Part shown: piece after piece, positions 8,929-18,559 of the stretch
Position numbering within the stretch: the stretch's first letter is position 1
Layout of the letters: each line of letters starts with the position of its first letter
Assembly: GCA_964429805.1 (NCBI GenBank)
Contig: CAYSDH010000001.1
Span: forward strand, 10,456 to 74,455
Length of the DNA: 64,000 nucleotides
Direction of reading: 5' to 3'
From: an uncultured Flavobacteriales bacterium
GTDB taxonomy: Bacteria; Bacteroidota; Bacteroidia; Flavobacteriales_D; JABDKJ01
The notes under the pieces: model-generated
Seen by the model: the letters and a program-made list of their open reading frames with translations, nothing else
Databases searched by the model: none
What the model was told of the DNA's origin: nothing
Made by a program: the position numbers and the translations under genes

Positions 8929-10110
8929 ATGAAGAAATCCAACCACATCTATTCCTTATTAATCATAGCCGCAACGGTGAGCATTTTCTCTTGCCAAAAA
9001 GACCAGGTCCTGCCGCAAAAAGTGCTTGACCTACCGAGCGAGCCTTTTGACTATGAGTCCATACATGAAAATGCCGACCCCGATTTTGAGGGTAATAATT
9101 GGTTTGGCGACAACACTCCGTTTAATAATCAAGTGACTAATGAAGGTGCCACATTAGGCCGAGTCTTGTTTTATGACCAGCGACTGTCGCAGAGTAACAA
9201 GACCTCATGTGCCTCTTGTCACAAACAAGAATTTGGCTTTGCTGATAACACGGCCAAGTCAGCCGGTTTCTTTGTGGAAGAGACACGAAGAAACTCTCCG
9301 CACCTCATCAATATGAAGTTTGAGAACAGCTTCTTTTGGGACGGGAGAGAAACGGTGCTTGAGACGCAAGTCTTGCAACCCATTGAAGACCACATTGAAC
9401 TGGGAATGGAAGATGTGGAAGACATCGTTGAGAAACTGAATGAGCTAGAGTATTATCCAGCCCTCTTTGAAAGCGCCTTCGGGTCAACAGAAATAAGCAC
9501 GGATAATGTGTCAAAAGCACTTGCTCAATTTGTACGGAGCATGCTTTCTACAAACACGAAGTTTGATCAGGGTTTTGAGCAGGACTTCAACAATTTTTCA
9601 AGTTCGGAGTTAAACGGCTTGAGGCTTTTTCAAGCTCAACTTCCCTGTGGTGGTTGTCATAGTGGTCCTGATTTGGGTGGAGGGTCTGCCATTGGCAACA
9701 TAGGTTTAGACATGGAGTATGAAGACAATGGCCTTGGAGAAATATTTAATGGCATGAACGGTTGGTTTAATGTTCCTTCACTTCGGAATATTGCGCTGAC
9801 TGCGCCATACATGCATGATGGAAGATTTGAGACTCTAGAAGAAGTAATAGATCACTATACACAGCATGTGGAAGACCATCCTGCTCTTTCATTTCAAATG
9901 ATGGTCAACGCGCAAGGCTCTTGGGATGGGTCATTTGTCAGCCCTCAATTCACTGATTTAATGGTCGAAGGCCTCTCTCCAGGCGAGCCCTTAAAGTTTA
10001 ATCTGACTAATCAGGACAAACAAGATTTGATTGCGTTTTTACATACGCTAACCGACACAGAATTGATGGTTGACGAGCGCTTTAGTAATCCGTTTAAGGT
10101 GACTGAGTAG
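8929..10110 (+). CDS. Di-haem cytochrome c peroxidase / MauG family lipoprotein
   Basis: Two haem c sites (CASCH and CGGCH), PYMHDGRF motif, lipoprotein signal (VSIFSCQKD). Confidence 0.85.
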   Translation: MKKSNHIYSLLIIAATVSIFSCQKDQVLPQKVLDLPSEPFDYESIHENADPDFEGNNWFGDNTPFNNQVTNEGATLGRVLFYDQRLSQSNKTSCASCHKQEFGFADNTAKSAGFFVEETRRNSPHLINMKFENSFFWDGRETVLETQVLQPIEDHIELGMEDVEDIVEKLNELEYYPALFESAFGSTEISTDNVSKALAQFVRSMLSTNTKFDQGFEQDFNNFSSSELNGLRLFQAQLPCGGCHSGPDLGGGSAIGNIGLDMEYEDNGLGEIFNGMNGWFNVPSLRNIALTAPYMHDGRFETLEEVIDHYTQHVEDHPALSFQMMVNAQGSWDGSFVSPQFTDLMVEGLSPGEPLKFNLTNQDKQDLIAFLHTLTDTELMVDERFSNPFKVTE

Positions 10111-11328
10111 TCAGCGCAACATAGGCAACACCTTGTGAAGAGACTCAATGAGGTAATCGACTTCGTGTAGGGTATTGTAAAGACTAAACGATGCCCGCAC
10201 CGTGCCTGGGATGTCAAAGAAAGCCATCAATGGTTCGGTGCAGTGATTACCTGTGCGCACAGCAATTCCCAGTTTATCTAAGAGTGTACCGATGTCAAAT
10301 GGATGCATGCCATCTACTGAGAATGAAATAACGCCTGAGCGCTCTTCTGCTTGACCAACAAATCGCAAACCGTCAATTTTAGATAAGCCCGTGAGTGCGT
10401 GGTCCAAAATGACACGCTCATGTTTGGCAATGTCGTCCCAACTCAGTTCGTTCATAAAGTCTACTGCTGCTCCAAGACCTATGTTGCCAGCTATATTAGG
10501 CGTACCGGCTTCAAACTTGAAGGGGATGCTGTTATATGTTGTCTCTTCAAAGGTGACAGTCTTTATCATCTCTCCGCCACCAAAGAGCGGATTCATTTTT
10601 TCTAAGTACTCTTCTTTGCCATAGAGTATGCCAGTGCCTGTAGGGCCAAATAATTTATGTCCAGAGAAGCAAAAGAAATCGCAGTCAAGGTCTTGCACAT
10701 CTACTTGAAAATGTGCCACTGACTGTGCACCATCAACCACGGCCAATGCACCTACTTGATGTGCTGCTGATATAATGTCTTTGATTGGGTTAACGGTTCC
10801 GAGTGTATTGCTCACATGCATGATTGATACGATGGCCGTACGCTCATTGAGCATAGCCTTAAACGCGTCCATGTCTAGCTCACCCTCCTTAGAGATTGGC
10901 GCTACTTTGAGCACCGCTCCGCTGCGCTGACAGAGCATCTGCCAAGGCACAATGTTAGAATGGTGCTCCATGGTGCTGATGACTATCTCATCACCGGCCG
11001 ATACGAAGACACCCTCAATACCATGTGCAATAGTATTGATGGCATGTGTAACCCCTGAAGTGAACATCACTTCTTTGTCTTGAGGCGCATTGAGGAAAGT
11101 CTGCACTTTCTTACGGGCACTCTCCATGGCCTCAGTGGCCAGCGAACTCAGGTAATGCACACCGCGATGCACATTACTGTGATAAGACTTATAGTACTCA
11201 TCTATTGCTGTGATAACAGATTGAGGTCGCTGCGTGGAGGCTCCATTATCAAGATAGACCAGTGGGTGTCCATGGACTTCTTGATTGAGGATTGGAAATT
11301 GGGCGCGGATGTTAGATAGCGTAGACAT
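10111..11328 (-). CDS. sufS: Cysteine desulfurase, SufS type (class V aminotransferase)
   Basis: PLP-lysine motif FSGHKLFGPTG, active-site loop RTGNHCTEP, 405 aa, downstream of sufBCD. Confidence 0.93.
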   Translation of the reverse strand: MSTLSNIRAQFPILNQEVHGHPLVYLDNGASTQRPQSVITAIDEYYKSYHSNVHRGVHYLSSLATEAMESARKKVQTFLNAPQDKEVMFTSGVTHAINTIAHGIEGVFVSAGDEIVISTMEHHSNIVPWQMLCQRSGAVLKVAPISKEGELDMDAFKAMLNERTAIVSIMHVSNTLGTVNPIKDIISAAHQVGALAVVDGAQSVAHFQVDVQDLDCDFFCFSGHKLFGPTGTGILYGKEEYLEKMNPLFGGGEMIKTVTFEETTYNSIPFKFEAGTPNIAGNIGLGAAVDFMNELSWDDIAKHERVILDHALTGLSKIDGLRFVGQAEERSGVISFSVDGMHPFDIGTLLDKLGIAVRTGNHCTEPLMAFFDIPGTVRASFSLYNTLHEVDYLIESLHKVLPMLR

Positions 11329-11511
11329 AAATCAGGGCCGAAGATACGGGTCTAAAAAATGATGAATTAGGAATTCTCAGAAAAAAAAACACGACTCTGC
11401 TCACGGGTAATAGGAATTCCAATTAATTACAAAAAAGTGGAAGAAAACACTTCAAAAGACTCCGTCTATTGGCGCTTCGCCTTCCAACAGATAATAATTT
11501 CAGTGGTTCGC

Positions 11512-12807
11512 TTAACTATTGAGCGACAAAGACTCTACCACAGCAGCAATATAATCTCGCACTGCTTCATGCTTTGACTTGTTAATCACGTCAGCAACAA
11601 AGGCGTTAATCAGTAGTTTTTTTGCAGCCTCTCTACCTATCCCTCTGGCCATCAGATAAAACAAAGCCTCGTCATCAAACTGACCAGTTGTGCTACCGTG
11701 ACTGCACTTTACATCGTCTGCATAAATCTCTAGTTCAGGCTTGGAGTTCATGCTGCCTTGCTCGGTCATCACAATGTTGGCGTTTTGCTGAAATGCATTT
11801 GTCTTTTGTGCATCTTGACGCACAAACACTTTTCCATTAAACACTCCTGTGCCCGCATCATGAATCACTCCTTTGTAGAGCTCGTTACTCTCGCAGTGCG
11901 CCACAGCGTGGTCTATAGTGGTGTGATTATCCACATGGCTTTTGCCCATAGGCATGTACGTGCCGTATAAATCGGTCAATGAGTTTTCTCCATTTACATG
12001 CACATTAGAGTTGTTTCTAATCCAACCGCCCTTTAGAGAAAAGGTGTTGAGACTAAAATGAGAATCTCGTGCTTGTTGACCCTGCTCTGCACTCAGCACA
12101 AACGATTCTTCTCCACCACTTTGGATTTTGTCAATGCTCATCTTCGCGTTTTGAGCGACATGACATTCCGTGATGACATTTGTAAATGAGCGAATTCCAT
12201 CTGCTGAGACAAAAGACTGTATGATGTCCAACTCCGCACTTTCTTCGACTATAAAGAGGTTTCTTGGTTGAGCAATCACCCCTTCTTTGGTATTGATGTA
12301 CACCACATGTACTGGTCTCGATGGCCGATGGCCTTTGGTCGACTTTATGAAAGCACCGTTACAGGCGTAGCCAGTGTTAATCGCTGTAAAAATGCTCATA
12401 GAATCATCGGCCAATGAGCCGTAACCCATTTCAAAGTCTGCGCTGAATTCATCTTTAGCGCGGCTCATAGGAAGCGCGATGAGCGCTTCAGTCGAGACCT
12501 CAGACAGGTCTTCTCTGAAGTACCCGTTGACAAATACCATTCTCAAACAATCGAGTTGAGGAATGTTATAGAGCAACGCATCTATCTCACCTTCATCTTT
12601 CTGAAGTGACCAGTCTGCATTTACGATTTTACCTACTCTGGTGTATTTCCAATCTTCGACTCGGGTAGTTGGAAATTCTAGACTCTCCAATGCCGCAATG
12701 GCACGGTCAAACACTTTTCTCGCATGCTCAGATGAGCCAGTGTGTTCGTTTCCTTTTAAGGCCTCGATAAATCGATCCTTCTTTGATATTTCGACTACGG
12801 TACTCAC
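11512..12807 (-). CDS. sufD: Fe-S cluster assembly protein SufD
   Basis: 431 aa. Position after sufC with a 4-nt overlap. C-terminal SufB/D signature region (KCSHGSTTGQFDDEALFYLMARGI). Confidence 0.9.
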   Translation of the reverse strand: MSTVVEISKKDRFIEALKGNEHTGSSEHARKVFDRAIAALESLEFPTTRVEDWKYTRVGKIVNADWSLQKDEGEIDALLYNIPQLDCLRMVFVNGYFREDLSEVSTEALIALPMSRAKDEFSADFEMGYGSLADDSMSIFTAINTGYACNGAFIKSTKGHRPSRPVHVVYINTKEGVIAQPRNLFIVEESAELDIIQSFVSADGIRSFTNVITECHVAQNAKMSIDKIQSGGEESFVLSAEQGQQARDSHFSLNTFSLKGGWIRNNSNVHVNGENSLTDLYGTYMPMGKSHVDNHTTIDHAVAHCESNELYKGVIHDAGTGVFNGKVFVRQDAQKTNAFQQNANIVMTEQGSMNSKPELEIYADDVKCSHGSTTGQFDDEALFYLMARGIGREAAKKLLINAFVADVINKSKHEAVRDYIAAVVESLSLNS

Positions 12808-13556
12808 GCTGTTTCCACTTCTTCTTTAATCCAATCGTATCCTTGCTCTTCCAGTTTCAGCGCCAGCTCAGGGCCTCCACTTTTGACAATACGGCCTTCA
12901 AACAAGACGTGGACAAAATCAGGCTTGATGTATTCGAGTAGACGCTGGTAGTGTGTGATAATCAGAAATGCTCTGTCTTCACTACGCATGGCGTTGACAC
13001 CTTCAGAGACGACTCTTAGCGCATCAATATCAAGACCAGAATCAGTCTCATCCATGATGGCTAGCTTAGGCTCAAGCATGGCCATTTGAAAGATATCATT
13101 TCGTTTTTTTTCGCCTCCAGAAAACCCTTCGTTGACTGAACGGTCTCTAAGCTTTCCGCTGAGCCCTACTAAGTCTGACTTCTCTTTCAGCTTGCCCAAA
13201 AACTCTTTGGCAGAGATAGGTCCTTGCTCATGGTGCGCACGAATCTCATTCATGGCCGTCTTCAAGAAATTGACGTTACTCACTCCAGGAATCTCGACTG
13301 GGTATTGGAACGCGAGAAACAGTCCTTCCTTGGCACGCTCATCGGCTTCCATCTCTAAAAGATCTTTGCCTAAGTAGTCTACCTCACCTTCCACTTCATA
13401 GTCCTCTCGACCTGCGAGCACACTTGCCAACGTTGATTTACCGGAACCATTTGGCCCCATGATGGCGTGTATTTCTCCTGCCTTGACCTCAAGGTTTAGC
13501 CCATTGAGTATTTGGTTTCCCTCTACTGAGGCGTGGAGATTTTTGATTTTAATCAT
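12804..13556 (-). CDS. sufC: Fe-S cluster assembly ATPase SufC
   Basis: Walker A GPNGSGKST, ABC signature FSGGEKKR, Walker B AIMDETDSGLD. The ORF-track start at 13583 is TTG and overlaps sufB; the ATG at 13556 (MIKIKNLH) is preferred. Confidence 0.95.
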   Translation of the reverse strand: MIKIKNLHASVEGNQILNGLNLEVKAGEIHAIMGPNGSGKSTLASVLAGREDYEVEGEVDYLGKDLLEMEADERAKEGLFLAFQYPVEIPGVSNVNFLKTAMNEIRAHHEQGPISAKEFLGKLKEKSDLVGLSGKLRDRSVNEGFSGGEKKRNDIFQMAMLEPKLAIMDETDSGLDIDALRVVSEGVNAMRSEDRAFLIITHYQRLLEYIKPDFVHVLFEGRIVKSGGPELALKLEEQGYDWIKEEVETA

Positions 13557-13575
13557 TTCGAATTGCTTGATTTTT

Positions 13576-15024
13576 TTACCCAACTGAACCCTCTAATGAG
13601 ATCTCCAGCAGTTTTTGTGCTTCTACAGCAAACTCCATCGGGAGCTTGTCTAATACATCTTTTGCGTAGCCTTTTACTATCAGGCTAATCGCTTTTTCTT
13701 CATCTATGCCACGCTGCTGACAGTAGAAAATCTGGTCTTCACCAATCTTAGAAGTCGTGGCTTCATGTTCTACTTGAGCCGTGTTGTTATCTACCTCTAT
13801 GTATGGGAATGTGTGCGCACCGCAACGGTCAGTCATGAGCAGTGAATCGCAGACGGAGAAGTTTCGAGCATTGTTAGCGGACTTGTTGATCTTCACCAAT
13901 CCTCTGTATGAATTTTGACTCACTCCAGACGAAATCCCTTTTGAGATAATGGTGCTTGACGTGTTCTTACCTAAGTGTACCATTTTAGTGCCTGTATCAG
14001 CCTGCTGATGGTTGTTAGTCACCGCTACAGAATAAAACTCACCAATGCTATTATCACCTTTAAGAATGCATGACGGATACTTCCATGTCACCGCACTTCC
14101 TGTCTCAACCTGAGTCCAAGAAATCTTGGCGTTTTTCTCACATATACCACGTTTGGTCACGAAGTTGAACACTCCACCCTTGCCATCCTTGTCTCCCGGA
14201 TACCAATTTTGCACGGTAGAATATTTTATTTCCGCATCATCCAAAGCAATCAGCTCTACCACTGCGGCATGCAGCTGATTTTCATCTCTAGCTGGCGCTG
14301 TGCATCCTTCAAGGTATGAACAGTAGCTGCCTTTATCAGCAACAACTAAGGTGCGTTCAAACTGACCTGTGTTGGCCTGATTTATTCTGAAGTAAGTAGA
14401 CAGCTCCATAGGGCACCGCACTCCTTTAGGAATGTAGCAGAATGAGCCATCAGTAAAGACTGCAGAGTTAAGCGCGGCATAAAAATTATCTGTCATCGGT
14501 ACGACAGTGCCTAAGTGTTTTTGGACCAAGTCTGAGTGCTCTTTAATGGCCTCACTCATGGACATAAAGATGATGCCGAGCTCACCCAGTTTTTCTTTGA
14601 AGCTGGTAGCCACAGACACAGAGTCCATCACAAAATCAACGGCCACACCGCTGAGTCGCTTCTGCTCTTCCATAGAGATGCCGAGCTTATCCATGGTTTT
14701 TCTCAACTCGGGGTCAACCTCATCAAGACTGGCAAGTTCTTTTTTCTGCTTTGGTGCAGAATAGTAAGACACGGCTTGAAAATCTGGTTTTTCATACTTG
14801 ACATGCGCCCACTCTGGCTCAGTCATTTCGCTCCATGCTTTGAATGCCTTTAGTCTCCAGTCAAGCAACCACTGAGGCTCTTCTTTCTTGGCCGAAATCT
14901 GACGAATCACATTCTCATCAAGCCCAGGCGGAAGCGTGTCACTTTCAATGTCGGTAGTAAACCCAAATTCGTAATCCTTGGCGGTTACTTCTTCTAATAT
15001 TTTATCCTCTTCACTAAATTCCAT
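13576..15024 (-). CDS. sufB: Fe-S cluster assembly protein SufB
   Basis: 482 aa with SufB-typical C-terminal region ([22 protein letters not shown]). Lies upstream of sufC and sufD. Confidence 0.95.
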   Translation of the reverse strand: MEFSEEDKILEEVTAKDYEFGFTTDIESDTLPPGLDENVIRQISAKKEEPQWLLDWRLKAFKAWSEMTEPEWAHVKYEKPDFQAVSYYSAPKQKKELASLDEVDPELRKTMDKLGISMEEQKRLSGVAVDFVMDSVSVATSFKEKLGELGIIFMSMSEAIKEHSDLVQKHLGTVVPMTDNFYAALNSAVFTDGSFCYIPKGVRCPMELSTYFRINQANTGQFERTLVVADKGSYCSYLEGCTAPARDENQLHAAVVELIALDDAEIKYSTVQNWYPGDKDGKGGVFNFVTKRGICEKNAKISWTQVETGSAVTWKYPSCILKGDNSIGEFYSVAVTNNHQQADTGTKMVHLGKNTSSTIISKGISSGVSQNSYRGLVKINKSANNARNFSVCDSLLMTDRCGAHTFPYIEVDNNTAQVEHEATTSKIGEDQIFYCQQRGIDEEKAISLIVKGYAKDVLDKLPMEFAVEAQKLLEISLEGSVG

Positions 15025-15086
15025 TCAACTTGGTTTAAATAAGCTTGGGGTTATTATTGACTTTAGAATGTCGCTCTTGACCAATC

Positions 15087-15413
15087 TTAGATTGAGAAAC
15101 TCTCACCACATCCGCAGGTGCGGTTGGCGTTTGGGTTGATGAACTGAAATCCTTTACCATTTAGCCCACCTGAAAAATCAAGCTCGGTACCAATCAGATA
15201 CAAGAAGCTCTTCTTGTCCACCACTACCTTGACGCCATTGTCTTCAAAGGCCTTGTCATCTTCTCCCATCACATGGTCGAAGTCAAGTTCGTACATCAAA
15301 CCAGAGCAACCTCCGCCTTTGACACCGACACGAACAAAACTGCCTTCTGGAGCATTATCCTGCGCCATGAGTTTATTCACTTGTGCTTTCGCATTGTCTC
15401 TAACCTTAATCAT
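15087..15413 (-). CDS. HesB/IscA/SufA-family Fe-S cluster insertion protein
   Basis: 108 aa with GGGCSG and C-terminal CGCGESF cysteine ligands. First gene of the suf run. Confidence 0.9.
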   Translation of the reverse strand: MIKVRDNAKAQVNKLMAQDNAPEGSFVRVGVKGGGCSGLMYELDFDHVMGEDDKAFEDNGVKVVVDKKSFLYLIGTELDFSGGLNGKGFQFINPNANRTCGCGESFSI

Positions 15414-15505
15414 TCAGAAATCTTAGTCTTTATTAGGGCTTACAAAGATAATCTTTATTTGTAGCCATTCTAAATAAGCAGAAGGGAATCGACTACTTTT
15501 GCGCC

Positions 15506-16564
15506 ATGTCAAACGACCCACGTACAGAAATTGAGACTCTTGGAGAATTCGGCCTCATAGCGCATCTAACCAAGGGGTTTGAAACTAGTGTAGAAAGCAC
15601 TACCAAAGCCATTGGTGATGATGCTGCAGCCATTGATATAGGCGAAGAGTTGATGCTCGTCTCTACAGACATGCTGGTAGAAGGTGTGCACTTCGACCTG
15701 ACATATACTCCGCTCAAGCACTTGGGCTACAAGTCTGTGATTGTAAATCTGAGCGATATCTACGCCATGAATGGCACACCAGAGCAAATAACGGTGTCAA
15801 TCGCCATCTCTAATCGCTTCTCTACAGAGGCGCTAGAAGAATTTTATGCGGGAATCAAGCATGCCTGCGATTTGTACAAGATTGACTTGGTTGGTGGAGA
15901 TACCACGACCTCTCTTTCTGGCTTGACCATATCAGTTACGGCTATGGGAAGGGTCAGCAAGCGCAACGTGGCGTACCGAGACGGGGCCAAAGATGGCGAC
16001 TTACTCGTGGTTTCTGGAGATCTTGGCGGGGCTTATATGGGCCTTCAAATTTTAGAGCGTGAGAAGTCAGTCTTTATGAATACGGAGGGCGTTCAGCCCG
16101 ATTTATCTGGCAATGACTACATCTTAGAGCGTCAGTTAAAGCCTGAAGCGCGCATGGATGTAATCTCCAACTTGGCTGATAAAGATGTGGTCCCTACTTC
16201 TATGATTGATATTTCTGATGGATTGGCTTCTGAAGCTATTCACCTGGCGCGCAGCAGCAAACTAGGTGTCAATATTTTTGAGGACAAAGTGCCGATTGAT
16301 ACAACCACATATAACGCGGCTCGAGAGTTTGAACTCGATCCATCTATGTGTGCGCTCAACGGTGGTGAGGATTATGAACTGCTCTTTACTATACCTCAGT
16401 CAGAATTTAACAAAGTGAAAAACGATCCGCTGCTCACAGTGATTGGTCACATGACTGACGAGGCATCAGGGTATCAACTCGTCACTAAGTCTGGCACTCA
16501 AGTCAAGCTGACGGCCCAAGGTTGGGATGCGCTAATACAGCGCGACCTAAGCACTGATTCTTAA
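15506..16564 (+). CDS. thiL: Thiamine-monophosphate kinase
   Basis: AIR-synthase-related fold motifs (GEFGLIAHL, GDDAAAI, DMLVEGVHF, GGDTT), 352 aa. Confidence 0.85.
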   Translation: MSNDPRTEIETLGEFGLIAHLTKGFETSVESTTKAIGDDAAAIDIGEELMLVSTDMLVEGVHFDLTYTPLKHLGYKSVIVNLSDIYAMNGTPEQITVSIAISNRFSTEALEEFYAGIKHACDLYKIDLVGGDTTTSLSGLTISVTAMGRVSKRNVAYRDGAKDGDLLVVSGDLGGAYMGLQILEREKSVFMNTEGVQPDLSGNDYILERQLKPEARMDVISNLADKDVVPTSMIDISDGLASEAIHLARSSKLGVNIFEDKVPIDTTTYNAAREFELDPSMCALNGGEDYELLFTIPQSEFNKVKNDPLLTVIGHMTDEASGYQLVTKSGTQVKLTAQGWDALIQRDLSTDS

Positions 16565-18079
16565 GTCAGCGTCTGATTGTCCAATCTTCTTTTCGGCCCA
16601 GGCTAAAAAGTCAAAATACTCAAAGGCCCTGCGCTCGTATTCATCTGTTCTGATGTCGCGCATGTCGGCTATAAATTGTTCTAGTGCCACGTGTTCTGCG
16701 CTACTATTCTTGGCTCTACTGAGTTTATTGACCAGCTGCAAGAACGAACTCTCAAAGCGATGCGCCCGCTTACGAGTAAGTAAAAATCGCTTTGTTGACT
16801 TAAAGGCATAGCTCAAGAAGTCTTTGTTATCAAGCTCGATGTGCGTGATGAGATGTAACATCTGAGCAAAACAAAAGAGGTCTTCGTTTTGATTGATTGA
16901 CAGACTGTTTAATATTCTATTTAGGAGTTTTAGTGCCTCGCTAAATCGTCCGGTCTGTATGTATATGGTCGACATGCTAAACAAGAGTCCGGCCCTATCC
17001 ATGTCATTTATATGCTTGGACTTGACATTCAATCCACTCTCGATTTTGGGCATTTCTATAAGGGCAAGTTCCAACTCTTCGTTGAGGTGATAATAGGCCA
17101 ACTTAGTCATGCAAAGTGTGATGTAATTTTGACAGTGTGTGCGCTGGTTACTCTTGTCATCACTGGTATGCAAGGCTTCAAGCCTCTCCATAAACTGCTT
17201 TGCTTCTTTTCTTTTTTTGAGCCTGCTGCATTCAAACACTGCATTGCTGAGCAGGTTATAGAGCTCTTCTCCTTCAAACCTCTTTTTATTGTCTCCAGAC
17301 TCTATGAGGTCGATGTTTCGAATGATGTACTCTAGGCTGCGCACATGGTCATTGTTGTGATAAAAATAAGCCGATGCGCTGTGGTAGTAATGATACTGGG
17401 TCATGAGCGGAGCACTCTCGAATGCAGCCTCATTGGCCATCAGCTTTTTAATGTCGCTGAGTTCTTCTGATTCTGGTTGGCTCCGTGCTTTTCCTTTTTG
17501 ATAGAGCGTGCTAAATATTTTTCTTTTCGCCTCCATGACTTCAGCAGCAACTTTTAAGTTGTCTAAGGCCTCATGGGTTTTCTCATTTATGGACTCATTG
17601 TCAGTATCACTTAGGAAGTTAAACTGACTTTTTTCATCCATCTTTCGTTTCCAATTTCCCACCTCTACAGTGATGCCATACTCATCAGACTCATAGGCCG
17701 TGCGCTCCACTGACATCAGTATTTTGGCGCACTGCTTATATAAGCCCTTGGCAAACAGTATCTCTACATGGTGCATGCTACGCTCTAGTTTTGCTCTTAC
17801 AGAACTATTGCTGTGATAGCCGTTTAGGGCATTTAAAATGTGGTTATAGAGTCTGTTTTTGGTGACTGAAAAACGCTTTGTGAATGGCTCTCCGTCAAAC
17901 TGCTCGAGAATGGCCTCTTCATCATACTCTTTCTGCTTGACGAGCGCATCAAAGATTCGCTCAAAGTGGGCCTTTTTGGAATCACCTTGTCGGTTTAAGA
18001 ACAGTTTGAAATACCTCTTTTCACTTTTGTCAAGTGACTCTACCAGGCGAAATACGAAATCGGAACTAACATTTGACAT
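16547..18079 (-). CDS. Conserved hypothetical all-helical protein (TPR-like C-terminal half)
   Basis: About 510 aa. The N-terminal SLDKSEKRYFKLFLNRQG segment resembles uncharacterised Bacteroidota proteins I recall. Helix-rich with repeat-like A/L/Y pattern. ATG at 18079 (MSNVSS) preferred over 18094. The 3' end overlaps thiL by 18 nt. Confidence 0.55.
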   Translation of the reverse strand: MSNVSSDFVFRLVESLDKSEKRYFKLFLNRQGDSKKAHFERIFDALVKQKEYDEEAILEQFDGEPFTKRFSVTKNRLYNHILNALNGYHSNSSVRAKLERSMHHVEILFAKGLYKQCAKILMSVERTAYESDEYGITVEVGNWKRKMDEKSQFNFLSDTDNESINEKTHEALDNLKVAAEVMEAKRKIFSTLYQKGKARSQPESEELSDIKKLMANEAAFESAPLMTQYHYYHSASAYFYHNNDHVRSLEYIIRNIDLIESGDNKKRFEGEELYNLLSNAVFECSRLKKRKEAKQFMERLEALHTSDDKSNQRTHCQNYITLCMTKLAYYHLNEELELALIEMPKIESGLNVKSKHINDMDRAGLLFSMSTIYIQTGRFSEALKLLNRILNSLSINQNEDLFCFAQMLHLITHIELDNKDFLSYAFKSTKRFLLTRKRAHRFESSFLQLVNKLSRAKNSSAEHVALEQFIADMRDIRTDEYERRAFEYFDFLAWAEKKIGQSDADLRISA

Positions 18080-18196
18080 GTATCTAAAATACATGTTGTC
18101 AGACGCTTATGACATGGTCAACTAGTCAATGTGCTCTTTGAAACGAGCAACGGTAATGAAAATGGGGTTATCGGTAAAAGGCCAGAAAGGAAGGGT

Positions 18197-18529
18197 TCAG
18201 CGCTTGACTGCAGCCTTCGTGATGGCATCTACATCCGTATCAGAGATTTCGCCATCCTCATCTTCCTCATCATCGGTATCATCCGTGATTTCTCCGTCAG
18301 CATCTTCCTCGTCATCGGTGTCATCTGTGATTTCACCATCGGCATCTTCTTCATCATCCGTGTCGTCAGTGATGGTGTCGATATCATCTGCACAAATTTC
18401 ATTCTCAAGAGAACACTTGTGGAAATCTGACACCGGTGCTTGCAATTCAGACTTGGAGCATGAACTCATCACAAAAGCCATCATGAGAAGCATGATGAGA
18501 AAAGACGATATGTTTTTAATAGTTGACAT
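18197..18529 (-). CDS. Small acidic tandem-repeat lipoprotein (DxDxDG-like repeats)
   Basis: Lipoprotein signal (LMMAFVMSSCSKSE), then three 14-aa repeats ITDDTDDEEDADGE. Lies 30 nt downstream of the sensor kinase on the same strand. The antisense Ser-rich ORF was rejected. Confidence 0.65.
   Translation of the reverse strand: MSTIKNISSFLIMLLMMAFVMSSCSKSELQAPVSDFHKCSLENEICADDIDTITDDTDDEEDADGEITDDTDDEEDADGEITDDTDDEEDEDGEISDTDVDAITKAAVKR
18248..18373 (-). repeat. 3 x 42-bp imperfect tandem repeat encoding the acidic 14-aa unit
   Basis: Copies at 18248-18289, 18290-18331 and 18332-18373. The protein repeat is nearly identical between copies while the DNA differs at several synonymous positions (for example gtcatcggtgtcatctgtgat versus atcatcggtatcatccgtgat). 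Confidence 0.8.
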
Positions 18530-18559
18530 AGGTGTCCCTAGGCATTATTCAAATATAGC

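Noticed and set aside
11368-11419. Direct repeat TAGGAATTC (11368-11376 and 11411-11419) and an A9 run (11381-11389) in the 183-nt sufD-sufS spacer
   Set aside because: The repeat is short and AT-rich, with no associated hairpin or ORF. Only a weak 5-bp hairpin plus T-run follows sufD. It probably reflects a promoter or terminator region rather than a distinct element.
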